This document shows positions 41,168 to 50,376 of a stretch of DNA of 64,000 bases, one piece after another (the first letter of the stretch is position 1; the number at the start of each line of letters is the position of its first letter). Source of the DNA: Candidatus Krumholzibacteriia bacterium (GTDB lineage Bacteria; Krumholzibacteriota; Krumholzibacteriia; G020349025). The stretch is from positions 3,018-67,017 of the forward strand of contig DASRJW010000049.1 of the NCBI GenBank assembly GCA_035649275.1, in the 5' to 3' direction. The translations under genes and the position numbers were made by a program. The notes under the pieces are model-generated. The model was not told where the DNA came from. It made no database searches and saw nothing but the letters and a program-made list of their open reading frames with translations.

Positions 41168-43341
41168 GTACCGATGGGGCGCAAGAGCTCAACACACTGA
41201 CGCAGGCGCAGGCCGATCTCGAAGCCCTCCGCGCCCTGCTCGCGCCCTACATGCCCGAGACCGACCGGGCCTTCGTGGACAAGGCCTACGACTTCGCCCG
41301 CCGCGCCCACGAAGGGCAGCGGCGGCATTCGGGCCAACCTTATTTCTCCCATGTCGTCGAGGTGGCGAAGACGCTGGCGAAGATGCGCCTCGATCGCGAG
41401 GCGGTCGCCGCCGGGCTGCTGCACGACGTCGTCGAAGACACCAAGATCACCCCGGCGCAGCTCGAGGAAACCTTCGGCGCCGGCGTGGCCCGCCTGGTGG
41501 AAGGGGTCACCAAGATCGGCCGCGTCCACTTCGAGAGCGCCGAGCAGGCGCAGGCCGAAAACTTCCGCAAGATGCTCCTCTCCATGATCCAGGACGTCCG
41601 CATCATGTTGGTGAAGCTCGCGGACCGGCTGCACAACATGCGGACCCTCGAATTCCTCCCCGAGCCCAAGCGCAAGAGCATCGCCCAGGAAACGCTGGAC
41701 ATCTATGCACCCCTCGCCCACCGCATGGGCATCGGCTTCCTCAAGTGGCAGCTCGAGGATCTCGCCTTCAAGCACCTGGAGCCGGAGGCCTATCGGGACA
41801 TCGAGCGCGAGATCGGCTTGAAGCGCCAGGAGCGCGAGGGCTACCTGGAGCACATGAGCCGGCCGATCCGGGAGAAGCTGGCGGAGGCGGGGATCCAGGC
41901 GGACGTGAGCGGGCGGGCCAAGCACTTCTACTCGATCCACAAGAAGATGCGCGGGCGCCACAAGGCCATGGACGAGCTCTACGACCTGCTGGCACTCCGG
42001 ATCGTCGTCCCCAGCCTGCGCGACTGCTACAGCACCCTCGGCATCCTGCACACGCTGTACACGCCCATCCACGACCGCTTCAAGGACTACATCGCCACCC
42101 CGAAGAGCAACATGTACCGCTCGCTGCATACCACGGTGATGGGGCACGGAGGCCACTACATCGAGATCCAGGTACGCACCGGGGAGATGCACCGCACCAA
42201 CGAGTACGGCATCGCGGCGCACTGGAAGTACAAAGAGGAAGGCAAGACCGACGACGAGCTCGACGCGCACCTGCAGTGGCTGCGGCAGATGCTGGAGGAG
42301 AAGCAGGAGCTGCGCGACCCGCGGGAGTTCCTCGAGGCCTTGAAGATCGATCTCTTCCAGCACGAGGTCTTCGTCTTCACCCCGCGGGGGGATCTGAAGC
42401 AGCTGCCGAGCGGCTCCACCCCCATCGACTTCGCCTTCGCCGTCCACACCCAGGTGGGCACGCACGCCGTCGGCGCCCGGGTCAACGGGCGCATGGTGCC
42501 GCTGCACACCGAGCTGCACAGCGGCGACACGGTGGACATCCAGACCGCACCCACCGGGCACCCGAGCCTGAACTGGCTGCAGATCGCCCGCACGCCGCGG
42601 GCACGCTCCAAGATCCGCCACTGGCTGAACGTGCAGCGTTACGCCGAGAGTGTCGCTCTCGGCCGGGAGATGCTGGAGCGCGAGGTCAAGAGCGGGAAGA
42701 TCAAGGTCGACCTCGAAGGGGGTCTCACCGACCTGGCCCAGGCAATGGGCTTCGAGGACTCCGAGAAGCTGCTCGCCGCCATCGGGCAGGGGACCCAGTC
42801 GCTCAAAGCGGTGCTCAACCGCATGGCGCCGCCGGAGAACAAGCGGCGGCTGTCACGGCTCCTGCCCACCGAGCGGGTGCAGCGCCTGGTGCGCGGTTCC
42901 ACCGAGGGCATCAAGGTGCAGGGGGTCGGCAACCTCATGGTGCGCTTCGCCCACTGCTGCGGCCCGGTGCCCGGCGACCGCATCCGCGGCGTCGTCACCC
43001 GTGGGCGCGGCATCTCGGTGCACCGCGACGATTGCGTCAACCTGGACAGCGTGGAAGCCGACCGCCGCATCGACGTCTCCTGGGACGTGGGGGAAAAGCA
43101 GTCCTTCCTGGCCCGCGTCTTTGTCACCGGCGACGACCGCAAGAACCTGCTGGCCGACATCAGCAAGAAGATCTCCGCCACGGGCACCAACATCCAGAGC
43201 GGCGACTTCGCCTCCGTCGATGGGCTGGTGCGGGTCTCCTTCATCATCGAAGTGCACAATCTGCGGCAGCTGAACGAGGTCTTGCACACCGTGCGCACGG
43301 TGCAGAACGTGCGGCGCGTCACCCGCGGCGAGGACCTCTGA
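41164..43341 (+). CDS. Bifunctional (p)ppGpp synthetase/hydrolase (RelA/SpoT homologue)
   Basis: HD domain (RRHSGQPYFSHVVEVA...LLHDVVEDT), synthetase domain (RAKHFYSIHKKM...DLLALRIVV...YIATPKSNMYRSLHTTV, IQVRTGEMH), TGS (VFVFTPRGDL..LP.GSTPIDFA) and ACT domains. 725 aa. Confidence 0.92.
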   Translation: MSTDGAQELNTLTQAQADLEALRALLAPYMPETDRAFVDKAYDFARRAHEGQRRHSGQPYFSHVVEVAKTLAKMRLDREAVAAGLLHDVVEDTKITPAQLEETFGAGVARLVEGVTKIGRVHFESAEQAQAENFRKMLLSMIQDVRIMLVKLADRLHNMRTLEFLPEPKRKSIAQETLDIYAPLAHRMGIGFLKWQLEDLAFKHLEPEAYRDIEREIGLKRQEREGYLEHMSRPIREKLAEAGIQADVSGRAKHFYSIHKKMRGRHKAMDELYDLLALRIVVPSLRDCYSTLGILHTLYTPIHDRFKDYIATPKSNMYRSLHTTVMGHGGHYIEIQVRTGEMHRTNEYGIAAHWKYKEEGKTDDELDAHLQWLRQMLEEKQELRDPREFLEALKIDLFQHEVFVFTPRGDLKQLPSGSTPIDFAFAVHTQVGTHAVGARVNGRMVPLHTELHSGDTVDIQTAPTGHPSLNWLQIARTPRARSKIRHWLNVQRYAESVALGREMLEREVKSGKIKVDLEGGLTDLAQAMGFEDSEKLLAAIGQGTQSLKAVLNRMAPPENKRRLSRLLPTERVQRLVRGSTEGIKVQGVGNLMVRFAHCCGPVPGDRIRGVVTRGRGISVHRDDCVNLDSVEADRRIDVSWDVGEKQSFLARVFVTGDDRKNLLADISKKISATGTNIQSGDFASVDGLVRVSFIIEVHNLRQLNEVLHTVRTVQNVRRVTRGEDL

Positions 43342-43342
43342 G

Positions 43343-43894
43343 GTGCGCGTCGTCGTCCAGCGCGTGGCGCGGGCGGCGGTGCGCCGCTTGGCGCCGGAGC
43401 CCGCACCCCGGCAAGGCGAGGCCGCGTCGCCTCTCCCGCTTGCAGCAGCGCTCCCCGATCCTGCCGCGACCGTGCCCGCGGCAGAGGAACGGCGCATCGG
43501 TCCGGGTCTCGTGCTGCTTGCCGGTTTTCGCGCCGAGGACGACGAGGCGACGCTGCGCTGGATGGCGGAGAAGTGCCTCACGCTCCGCGTCTTCCCCGAT
43601 GCGCAAGGCGCTCTCAACAAGAGCGTGAGCGATTGCGATGGCGCGCTGCTCGTGGTACCCAACTTCACCCTCTACGGCGACGCCCGCAAGGGCCGCCGCC
43701 CGAGCTTCACCCAGGCGGCGCCACCGGAAGTGGCGTCGCGTCTCTTCGACACTTTCGTCCACTTGTTGCGCGCCGGCCCCGTTCCTGTCGAAGCCGGCTG
43801 GTTCCAGGAACACATGCACGTGGAGCTGGTGAACGACGGCCCGGTGACCTTGCTCCTCGAGCGCGAGACCGGAGCCCCTCTCCCGCACGCTTGA
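43343..43894 (+). CDS. dtd: D-aminoacyl-tRNA deacylase (Dtd) with a Pro/Ala-rich N-terminal insertion
   Basis: MRVVVQRV start, GPGLVLLAGF, LLVVPNFTLYGDARKGRRPSF, VNDGPVTLLLE. About 183 aa, versus roughly 145-150 for typical Dtd. Confidence 0.8.
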   Translation: MRVVVQRVARAAVRRLAPEPAPRQGEAASPLPLAAALPDPAATVPAAEERRIGPGLVLLAGFRAEDDEATLRWMAEKCLTLRVFPDAQGALNKSVSDCDGALLVVPNFTLYGDARKGRRPSFTQAAPPEVASRLFDTFVHLLRAGPVPVEAGWFQEHMHVELVNDGPVTLLLERETGAPLPHA

Positions 43895-43930
43895 CGGCGA
43901 TGTTCGACACGGTGAACTGCTCTCGTCATG

Positions 43931-43958
43931 TTGCGCGTCGCGTGCAGCCACGTATATT
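43931..43958 (+). promoter_or_regulatory. Candidate sigma-70 promoter for the orphan secreted-protein gene
   Basis: TTGCGC (43931-43936), 16-nt spacer, TATATT (43953-43958), in a locally AT-richer intergenic stretch. Confidence 0.4.
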
Positions 43959-44028
43959 GGTAGTACCCACCCTTGAATTCGCTCGCCACGTCACCGTGCC
44001 GGTGTTGGGTATCCAAGGAGGTTCCGCC

Positions 44029-44697
44029 ATGGAACCGAGGAAGTCATTTCTTGTCGCTCTCGCCATCACAGGGTTGCTCGCGACGGGGCCGCGAGCGGAA
44101 TCGCAGGCAGTGGGCGAGCAAGCGACGCAGGCGGCCGCGACGGTGGCGATCACCACGCCTACCGAGCTGATCGACACCTGCGCCCAGGCCTATCGCACGA
44201 TGGATCTCGAGCTCTACGCCCAGCTCTTCGCCAACGTGCCGGAGCACGGCGTGGGCTTTCGCTTTGTTCTGTATGAGCCGGACGCTGGCGAGACGGAATG
44301 GGGCTACGACGAAGAGATGCGCATCCATCGCCGCATGTTCCATCCCGAGACCCTGGGCTGCGACGCAGAGCCGGTGGCTGCAGAGCTTTGGCTTCGAGCG
44401 ATCGACATCGAGCTCACACCGCTCGCAGCTTTCACCGAGCGTTTCGACCTGTACCGATCCGAGCAGAATCCGCTGCGGCCCCTCGATCGCAAGCAGTGGC
44501 GCGCGTCGGAGGCCGTTTATGCCACCGACGTCACCTGGCACACGCAGGTGGGGACGACGATGCGCATCGTCGGTCAGGCGCGCTTCACCGTGATCGAAGA
44601 TCTACAGAAGGGAAGCGGTGACGGAGACCGGTTCCTGATCTACATCTGGGAGGACCTCGGTCCTGGCGGAACCAGCGTTGCCCGGGCCAAGTCGTGA
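44029..44697 (+). CDS. Secreted hypothetical protein
   Basis: ATG at 44029 after AAGGAGG. Signal peptide MEPRKSFLVALAITGLLATGPRAES. No motif recognised. Confidence 0.55.
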   Translation: MEPRKSFLVALAITGLLATGPRAESQAVGEQATQAAATVAITTPTELIDTCAQAYRTMDLELYAQLFANVPEHGVGFRFVLYEPDAGETEWGYDEEMRIHRRMFHPETLGCDAEPVAAELWLRAIDIELTPLAAFTERFDLYRSEQNPLRPLDRKQWRASEAVYATDVTWHTQVGTTMRIVGQARFTVIEDLQKGSGDGDRFLIYIWEDLGPGGTSVARAKS

Positions 44698-44722
44698 GCA
44701 GGCCGTGTCTCGCATCGCGCCG

Positions 44723-46531
44723 TCACAGGCCGCCGGGCATGGTGGTGCGGCCGGTGTCCTCGAAGTAGTCGGGGCGCAACGACTCGGGCGGGATCTTCTG
44801 GATGCCGTGCGCGGCCAGCGCTGCGTCGAGCTGGCCGCGCAGTCCCTCGGGATCCGGATTGTGGTCGAAATAGAAGCGCACGAAGTGGTTGTAGTCCTCG
44901 GCCACGCGCTTCGGCTGCAGGCTGCCGATGGCCGGCAGGTAGTCCTGCTGCAACCACAAGGGGAAATCGAGGAAGCGGATGCCGGGACAGCTCTTCAGGC
45001 GGTCCATGAGCTGCCGGTCGTAGAGAATGATCTCGCCGTAGGTCATCCCCTTGGACCAGGGAATGCCGATCTGGGTGAAGGCCTCGAGCGACAAGGGCCG
45101 GCGGGCGTGGATGCGGAAGTTGACCCGCCGGTCGAAAATGTACTGCGCATCGGCGAGCTTCTCGTGTCCTGGGCGGCCGCGGATCGGCGGCACCGGGCTG
45201 TGGGCGATGTGCGCATCCGTCAAGCCGTAGCGCTCGATGGCGACGGGGAAGTGGGCGTAATACGCCAGGCTCGCTTGACCCCCTTGCACCATGAGAACCG
45301 CTCCGGTGCCGGCGAGGCAGCGTTCCAGGGCGCGCGCCTGCGCTCGCAGGTCGTCGAGCCGGTAGTCCGGGTAGTACTGCGGTTCGTCCACGATGGACTT
45401 CACGTGCTGCCGGTGGGAGAAATGGACCTGCTTGCGCACGCCGGCGTAGAGCACCAGGCCCACCACGACCGCGGTGCCGGCGAGGCGCCAACTCCGGCGC
45501 GGCAGCTGGTGCACCAGAGCCTCGATGGCCAGGAGGAGGAAGGGCGTCGCCGGCAGATAGAAACGGGCGAACATGAAGTCGCCGCCCATGCGGGTCACGG
45601 TGTAAATGTTCGCGGCCGCGGCGGCGAGGCCGAGAGCGAGAGCGGGAGCGGCGCCGCCCGCCCGTGGCGCGCCGCCGCGCCGGTGGAGCAGGAGAGCGAG
45701 CGCGAGCGGTGCCAGGAGGAGGACGAAGTAGGCGTCGAAATACGTCCGCAGGTAGACCAGGCCCTGCGGCCAGTTGGCCAGGCTGGCGGACTTGGCGTAG
45801 TACGGGTTCGGGAGCGGGTAACCATAGTAGAGGAAGCGGAAAGCGAAGAGCGGCAGGGCCAGAGCCGCGAAGAGCAGGCCGAACTCGAGCCAGCCGCGCC
45901 CGTGTGCAGGCCGCTGCCAGAGCAAGTAGAGCCCGGCGAAGCCGGCATAGAGCAAGGCGTCGGGGCGCAGCAAGGTGCCGAGTGCCAGGGCCCAGGCGGC
46001 GAGGGCGACGCGCCGTGCATGGGTGGAGGCGCAGAGGAACCAGGTGGCGAGAAGCAGCGTGAAGATGTAGGCCGAGGTTTCGAGGCCGCTGCTGGCATAG
46101 ATACGGGCATCCCCGTGCGCCGCCCAGGCGAGTGCCGCCACCGGCACACCGGCGAGCCCGCCCTTTCCCGGGAAGAGCCGTTGCGACAGCAGGACGAGGA
46201 GCGCGAGACAGCCGGCGTAGAAGGGCAGGGGCAGATATTTTCCCAGCAGGTCCGGCGGCAGGTGCAAGGCGCGCCCGAGGGTGAGGAGAATGAACCAGAG
46301 GAAGTGGGTGTAACCTTCGCTGCGTTCTCCCGGGTTGTACACCGGTCCGTAGCCGGCGAGGACGTTGTCGCAGTAGCGGAAGGTGATGTAGATGTCGTCG
46401 CCGATCCAGGAGCGGAGCGCAGCCCAGACCACGCCCGCCGCGAGCGCCAGGAGCCAGACGATGGCGAGGACACGCGTGGCGCCCCACCGCCCGCCGCGCC
46501 CATTCTCTGCTGGGTTCATCCCGTCTCTCAC
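44723..46531 (-). CDS. Large polytopic membrane protein, GT-C-type glycosyltransferase-like (arabinofuranosyl/mannosyl-transferase-like N-terminus)
   Basis: 602 aa. An N-terminal TM segment is followed by the loop motif DDIYITFRYCDNVLAGYGPVYNPGERSEGYTHFLW. About 11 further TM segments, then a soluble ~230-aa C-terminal domain. The assignment rests on motif resemblance only. Confidence 0.5.
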   Translation of the reverse strand: MRDGMNPAENGRGGRWGATRVLAIVWLLALAAGVVWAALRSWIGDDIYITFRYCDNVLAGYGPVYNPGERSEGYTHFLWFILLTLGRALHLPPDLLGKYLPLPFYAGCLALLVLLSQRLFPGKGGLAGVPVAALAWAAHGDARIYASSGLETSAYIFTLLLATWFLCASTHARRVALAAWALALGTLLRPDALLYAGFAGLYLLWQRPAHGRGWLEFGLLFAALALPLFAFRFLYYGYPLPNPYYAKSASLANWPQGLVYLRTYFDAYFVLLLAPLALALLLHRRGGAPRAGGAAPALALGLAAAAANIYTVTRMGGDFMFARFYLPATPFLLLAIEALVHQLPRRSWRLAGTAVVVGLVLYAGVRKQVHFSHRQHVKSIVDEPQYYPDYRLDDLRAQARALERCLAGTGAVLMVQGGQASLAYYAHFPVAIERYGLTDAHIAHSPVPPIRGRPGHEKLADAQYIFDRRVNFRIHARRPLSLEAFTQIGIPWSKGMTYGEIILYDRQLMDRLKSCPGIRFLDFPLWLQQDYLPAIGSLQPKRVAEDYNHFVRFYFDHNPDPEGLRGQLDAALAAHGIQKIPPESLRPDYFEDTGRTTMPGGL

Positions 46532-46794
46532 CCCGCTTCACGCCTGCAGTGCAACGTCGAGGTCGTGACTCCGGCCGCTCGCAGGCCTGGGACGCCCAAG
46601 ATAGCCCAAGCACCGGCTGCCTCGCAGCGCCTCGCGGTCTTCAAGGGGAACGGCAGGGGAGTAGCGGCACGAGGTGGGCCTCTGCAGCGTTGTCGCCGGC
46701 CGCCTCGTTGCGCCTCCTGCGCCACAGTGTTAGCCTGAACTCTCTTCACGCCCACAGGGAAGCACCATCGAGGGCTGCGGAGGCAGACGCGAGC

Positions 46795-47409
46795 ATGAAT
46801 CCGCTGTTGCCGTGGACCTCGCAAAGGGATTGGATCCTGGCCTCGGCGAGCCCGCGGCGCGCCTCCATCCTGCGCATGCTCGGCTTCGAGTTCGAGGTGG
46901 AACCGACGAACGCCGAGACGGAGCCCTTGGACGAGCCCGAGCCTCTCGCCCATTCCCGGGCCCAGGCGCGCCGCAAGGCCGTGGCTGGGACACGGGGCCG
47001 GCAGCGCGGGACTTGCATCGGCGCCGACACCATCGTCGTCGTCGACGGTGACATCCTGGGTAAACCGGGATCTGCCGAGGAGGCGCTGGCCATGTTGCAG
47101 CGCCTGCGCGGGCGCTGGCACCTGGTGCACACGGGCCTGGCGCTGCAGGATGTGGAGAGCGGCCGCGGCGTCGACGGCGTCGAGTCGACGGAGGTGCGCT
47201 TCCGCCACTGGGACGACGCGACGCTGCAACGCTACGTGGCGACCGGGGAGTGCGCCGACAAGGCCGGGGCTTACGCCATCCAGGGGTTCGGCGCCATGCT
47301 CGTCCAGGAGATCCGCGGCTGCTTCTACAATGTGATGGGTTTCCCGGTGCAGCGCTTCCTCTCCTTGCTGGAGGAGCTGCACGACGTGGAGGTGCGCAGT
47401 GGTCGTTGA
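46795..47409 (+). CDS. maf: Maf-family nucleoside triphosphate pyrophosphatase
   Basis: ILASASPRR, GADTIVVVDGDILGKP, ATGECADKAGAYAIQG. ATG at 46795 within ORF 46549..47409. Confidence 0.85.
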   Translation: MNPLLPWTSQRDWILASASPRRASILRMLGFEFEVEPTNAETEPLDEPEPLAHSRAQARRKAVAGTRGRQRGTCIGADTIVVVDGDILGKPGSAEEALAMLQRLRGRWHLVHTGLALQDVESGRGVDGVESTEVRFRHWDDATLQRYVATGECADKAGAYAIQGFGAMLVQEIRGCFYNVMGFPVQRFLSLLEELHDVEVRSGR

Positions 47410-48475
47410 CACCATCCTCTACCGCGACGGCGCCATCGAGATCATCGACCAGACTCGCCTCCCGAGCGAGCACGTGGTGCTGCAGCTGCGCAGCCTGGAG
47501 GCGCTCTGCGAGGCCATCCGCATGTTGCGCATCCGCGGCGCCCCGGCGCTCGGCGTCGCCGCGGCGTACGGCTTCCAGCTCGAAGCGGAGCTCTTCCTCG
47601 CGGCAGGCGGCAAGGAGGTCGAGGCCTTGCGGGCGCGGCTGCTGGAGGCAGGGGAGAGCCTGGCGCGCACCCGGCCTACGGCGCGCAACCTCTTCGGCGC
47701 GGTGGAGCGTCTCGGGCGCGTTGTCGCCGCGCCGGCGACCTCGGCAGCGGAGCTCGCGACTCGCGTCGCCCGCGAGGCCGCGGCGGTGCATGCGGAGGAC
47801 CGGGCGCTCTGTGAAGCGATCGCCGCGCACGGGGCCGGATTGCTGCCGCAGCGCGCCCGGGTGCTGACGCATTGCAACGCCGGGGCGCTCGCCACCGGGG
47901 GCATCGGCACCGCGCTCGGCGTGGTCTACGCAGCGGTGCAGCAGGGGAAGAGCGTCGAGGTCTTCGCCGACGAAACGCGCCCGCTCTTGCAGGGAGCGCG
48001 TCTCACCGCCTGGGAGCTGCAGCGCGCCGGCATCCCGGTCACCGTTCTCTGCGACAACGCCGCGCCCTCGCTCCTGGCTTCGGGGCGCATCGACTGCGTC
48101 GTCGTCGGTGCCGACCGCATCGCTCGCAACGGCGACACGGCGAACAAGATCGGCACCTTCGGCGTGGCGCTGGCGGCGCGGCGCTGCGGCATACCGTTCT
48201 ACGTCGCGGCGCCGTCGACCACCTTCGACCTGTCGCTCGCGAGCGGCCGGGACATCCCGATCGAGGAGAGGGCGGCGAGCGAGGTGACCACGGGTGCCGC
48301 AGGGCGGAGCACTCCGGCAGGCGTGGAGGCGTACAACCCTGCCTTCGACGTCACCCCGGCGGATCTGATCACCGCCATCGTGCACGAAGGCGGCGTCGTG
48401 CGCCCGCCCTACGAGGAGTCGCTGCCGGCGAGCCTGGCGGAGCTCGGCGCGGCCGCACCGCGGCGGCGAGGGTGA
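47399..48475 (+). CDS. mtnA: S-methyl-5-thioribose-1-phosphate isomerase (eIF-2B alpha/beta/delta-like family)
   Basis: IDQTRLP, IRGAPALGVAAAYG, TRPTARNLF, THCNAGALAT, GTALGV, ETRPLLQGARLTAWEL, VVVGADRIA.NGD.ANKIGT. Confidence 0.85.
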   Translation: MVVDTILYRDGAIEIIDQTRLPSEHVVLQLRSLEALCEAIRMLRIRGAPALGVAAAYGFQLEAELFLAAGGKEVEALRARLLEAGESLARTRPTARNLFGAVERLGRVVAAPATSAAELATRVAREAAAVHAEDRALCEAIAAHGAGLLPQRARVLTHCNAGALATGGIGTALGVVYAAVQQGKSVEVFADETRPLLQGARLTAWELQRAGIPVTVLCDNAAPSLLASGRIDCVVVGADRIARNGDTANKIGTFGVALAARRCGIPFYVAAPSTTFDLSLASGRDIPIEERAASEVTTGAAGRSTPAGVEAYNPAFDVTPADLITAIVHEGGVVRPPYEESLPASLAELGAAAPRRRG

Positions 48476-48486
48476 GGCAGGGCGCG

Positions 48487-49215
48487 GTGGACGCTCCAGC
48501 GCTCGGCCGCCCGGCTTCGTACGGCGACTTCGTGCTCGGACGCCGCGTCGCCCTCATCGATGCCATGTGCTCGCCCGCCTTCCGCGGCGCCAGGCTCCTC
48601 GATGTGGGCTGCGGCAACGGCGCGCAAACCGTCCGCTTCTTGGATCGCTTCCGGAGCATCGTCGGTCTCGACGTCGTTCCCGCGCACCTCGATGAGTTCC
48701 GCCGCGCCTTGCGCAGCTTCGCGGGCGCGCCTTGCCACCCAGTGCTCTACGACGGCGGCAGCATGCCTTTCCAAGACGCCGCGTTCGACACCGTGCTCTG
48801 CATCGAGACCCTCGAGCACGCCGCCGACGAGCACCGGCTCCTCGGCGAGATCCGTCGGGTGCTCCGCCCGGGCGGCAGGCTCGTGCTCTCGGTGCCGCAC
48901 AAGTGGTGGATCTTCGAGACCCACGGCGCCAATCTGCCCCTCCTGCCTTGGAACCGGGTGCCCTTCTTTTCCTGGTTGCCACGGGATCTGCACCGGCGCT
49001 TCGCCCGAGCCCGCATCTATACCCGCGGCGACATCGTCGGTCTGCTGGGGCGCGCCGGCTTCGAGATCCGCACCTCGCGCTACCTCACGGCGCCGATGGA
49101 CGTGATCCGCCACCGCGGCCTGGCCAGCCTGCTGCGCTCGACACTCTTCCGCGGGCCCGGGACGCGGGTGCCGGTGCTCTCCACCTCGGTGTTCGTCGTG
49201 GCCCAACGCCCCTAG
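48487..49215 (+). CDS. Class I SAM-dependent methyltransferase
   Basis: Motif I LLDVGCGNG, post-I IVGLDV, FDTVLCIETLEH, LRPGGRLVLSVP. GTG at 48487 within ORF 47872..49215. Substrate unknown. Confidence 0.7.
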   Translation: MDAPALGRPASYGDFVLGRRVALIDAMCSPAFRGARLLDVGCGNGAQTVRFLDRFRSIVGLDVVPAHLDEFRRALRSFAGAPCHPVLYDGGSMPFQDAAFDTVLCIETLEHAADEHRLLGEIRRVLRPGGRLVLSVPHKWWIFETHGANLPLLPWNRVPFFSWLPRDLHRRFARARIYTRGDIVGLLGRAGFEIRTSRYLTAPMDVIRHRGLASLLRSTLFRGPGTRVPVLSTSVFVVAQRP

Positions 49216-49346
49216 GCCAGGGGAGCGACGGCAGGCCGGCGCCGGGGGCGGTCGGGAACGGCACCCGGGGCCAGACCGACGCCTCGGCGCGGCTCCTCGG
49301 ACCCGCCGCGCCTCGCCCCTCTGCCCCTCTCCCCGGCCAGGTGCGC

Positions 49347-49375
49347 TTGACGGCCCCTGGAGCCCCTGCTAAGGT
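49347..49375 (+). promoter_or_regulatory. Candidate promoter for rplM-rpsI
   Basis: TTGACG (49347-49352), 17-nt spacer, TAAGGT (49370-49375). About 35 nt upstream of the rplM ATG. Confidence 0.4.
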
Positions 49376-49410
49376 GGCGGGCTGCTGTTGTTCAGCATGG
49401 AGGAAGTGGC

Positions 49411-49842
49411 ATGAAAACCCACGTGGTACGGGCGCGCGACATCGAGCACAAGTGGGTGCTCATCGACGCCGAGGGCCGAGTCCTCGGCCGAGTCGCCTCG
49501 CACGTGGCCAATCTGCTGCGCGGCAAGGGCAAGCCCCAGTACACGCCGCACCTGGATCAGGGCGACCACGTGGTCGTCACCAATGCGGCGAAGGTGCGCA
49601 TCACCGGGGACAAGCTGCAGCAGAAGAAGTACTACAAGCATTCGGGTTATCCCGGCGGCTTGCGCGTGCGCAGCATGCGCGAGCTCATGGAGAGCCGACC
49701 CGAGGAAGTCATCATGCGGGCTGTGCGCGGCATGCTGCCGGCGACGAAGCTCGGGCGTGCCCAATTGACACGCCTGCGCGTCTACGCCGGACCCGAGCAT
49801 CGCCAGCAAGCCCAGTCGCCGGCACCTTTCGAGCTGGAGTGA
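49411..49842 (+). CDS. rplM: 50S ribosomal protein L13
   Basis: KWVLIDAEG.VLGR.AS.VA..LRGK.KP.YTPH.D.GD.VVV.NA.K...TG.K...K.Y..HSGYPGG. Confidence 0.93.
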   Translation: MKTHVVRARDIEHKWVLIDAEGRVLGRVASHVANLLRGKGKPQYTPHLDQGDHVVVTNAAKVRITGDKLQQKKYYKHSGYPGGLRVRSMRELMESRPEEVIMRAVRGMLPATKLGRAQLTRLRVYAGPEHRQQAQSPAPFELE

Positions 49843-49846
49843 ATGA

Positions 49847-50236
49847 ATGGCGAAGCCACTGTATGCCACCGGACGCCGCAAGGAGGCCATCGCGCGCGTA
49901 CGCCTGACTCCCGGCAGCGGCAACCTGTTGGTGAACGGCCGCGCCTTGCGCGACTACCTGCACCGCGACTCGCTGGTGCGCCAGGTGATGCAGCCGTTCG
50001 AGGTGGCCCAGGCCGCGACGAGCTTCGATCTGGTGGCGCGGGTGCGCGGCGGCGGCAGCACCGGACAAGCCGGGGCGCTCCGCCTCGGTGTCGCCCGGGC
50101 GTTGTTGAAGCACGATCCGGAGCTCCGCAAGCCGCTGCGCAAGATCGGCCTGCTGACCCGTGATCCGCGGATGAAGGAGCGCAAGAAGTACGGGCTCCGC
50201 GGCGCCCGGCGCGCCTTCCAGTTCTCCAAGCGCTGA
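49847..50236 (+). CDS. rpsI: 30S ribosomal protein S9
   Basis: [17 protein letters not shown]...[49 protein letters not shown]. Confidence 0.93.
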   Translation: MAKPLYATGRRKEAIARVRLTPGSGNLLVNGRALRDYLHRDSLVRQVMQPFEVAQAATSFDLVARVRGGGSTGQAGALRLGVARALLKHDPELRKPLRKIGLLTRDPRMKERKKYGLRGARRAFQFSKR

Positions 50237-50376
50237 TCGACACCGCTCGACCGCACGGCGGAGCAGCCGCCGTGAGGGAGCGGAATTCACACGGCGAGCC
50301 GCCCCTGTCTCCCCTACGGTGCCGCTTCGTGCGGTCGGGGAGCAGGTCGCCGGAGGATCAACCGAAAGGAGCAGGC

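Noticed and set aside
31273-42621. Other long - strand ORFs (31273..33702, 34893..37058, 38618..40108, 40009..42621)
   Set aside because: They are antisense to mutS2, dnaG/rpoD, rnpB/recJ and recJ/relA respectively. The 38618..40108 ORF even spans the RNase P RNA gene. The same high-GC artefact applies.
50254-50274. Hairpin CACGGCGG-AGCAG-CCGCCGTG after rpsI as a terminator or rpsB leader element
   Set aside because: The stem is only 8 bp, no U-tract follows, and there is no recognisable similarity to known S2 leader structures. It is too weak to call.
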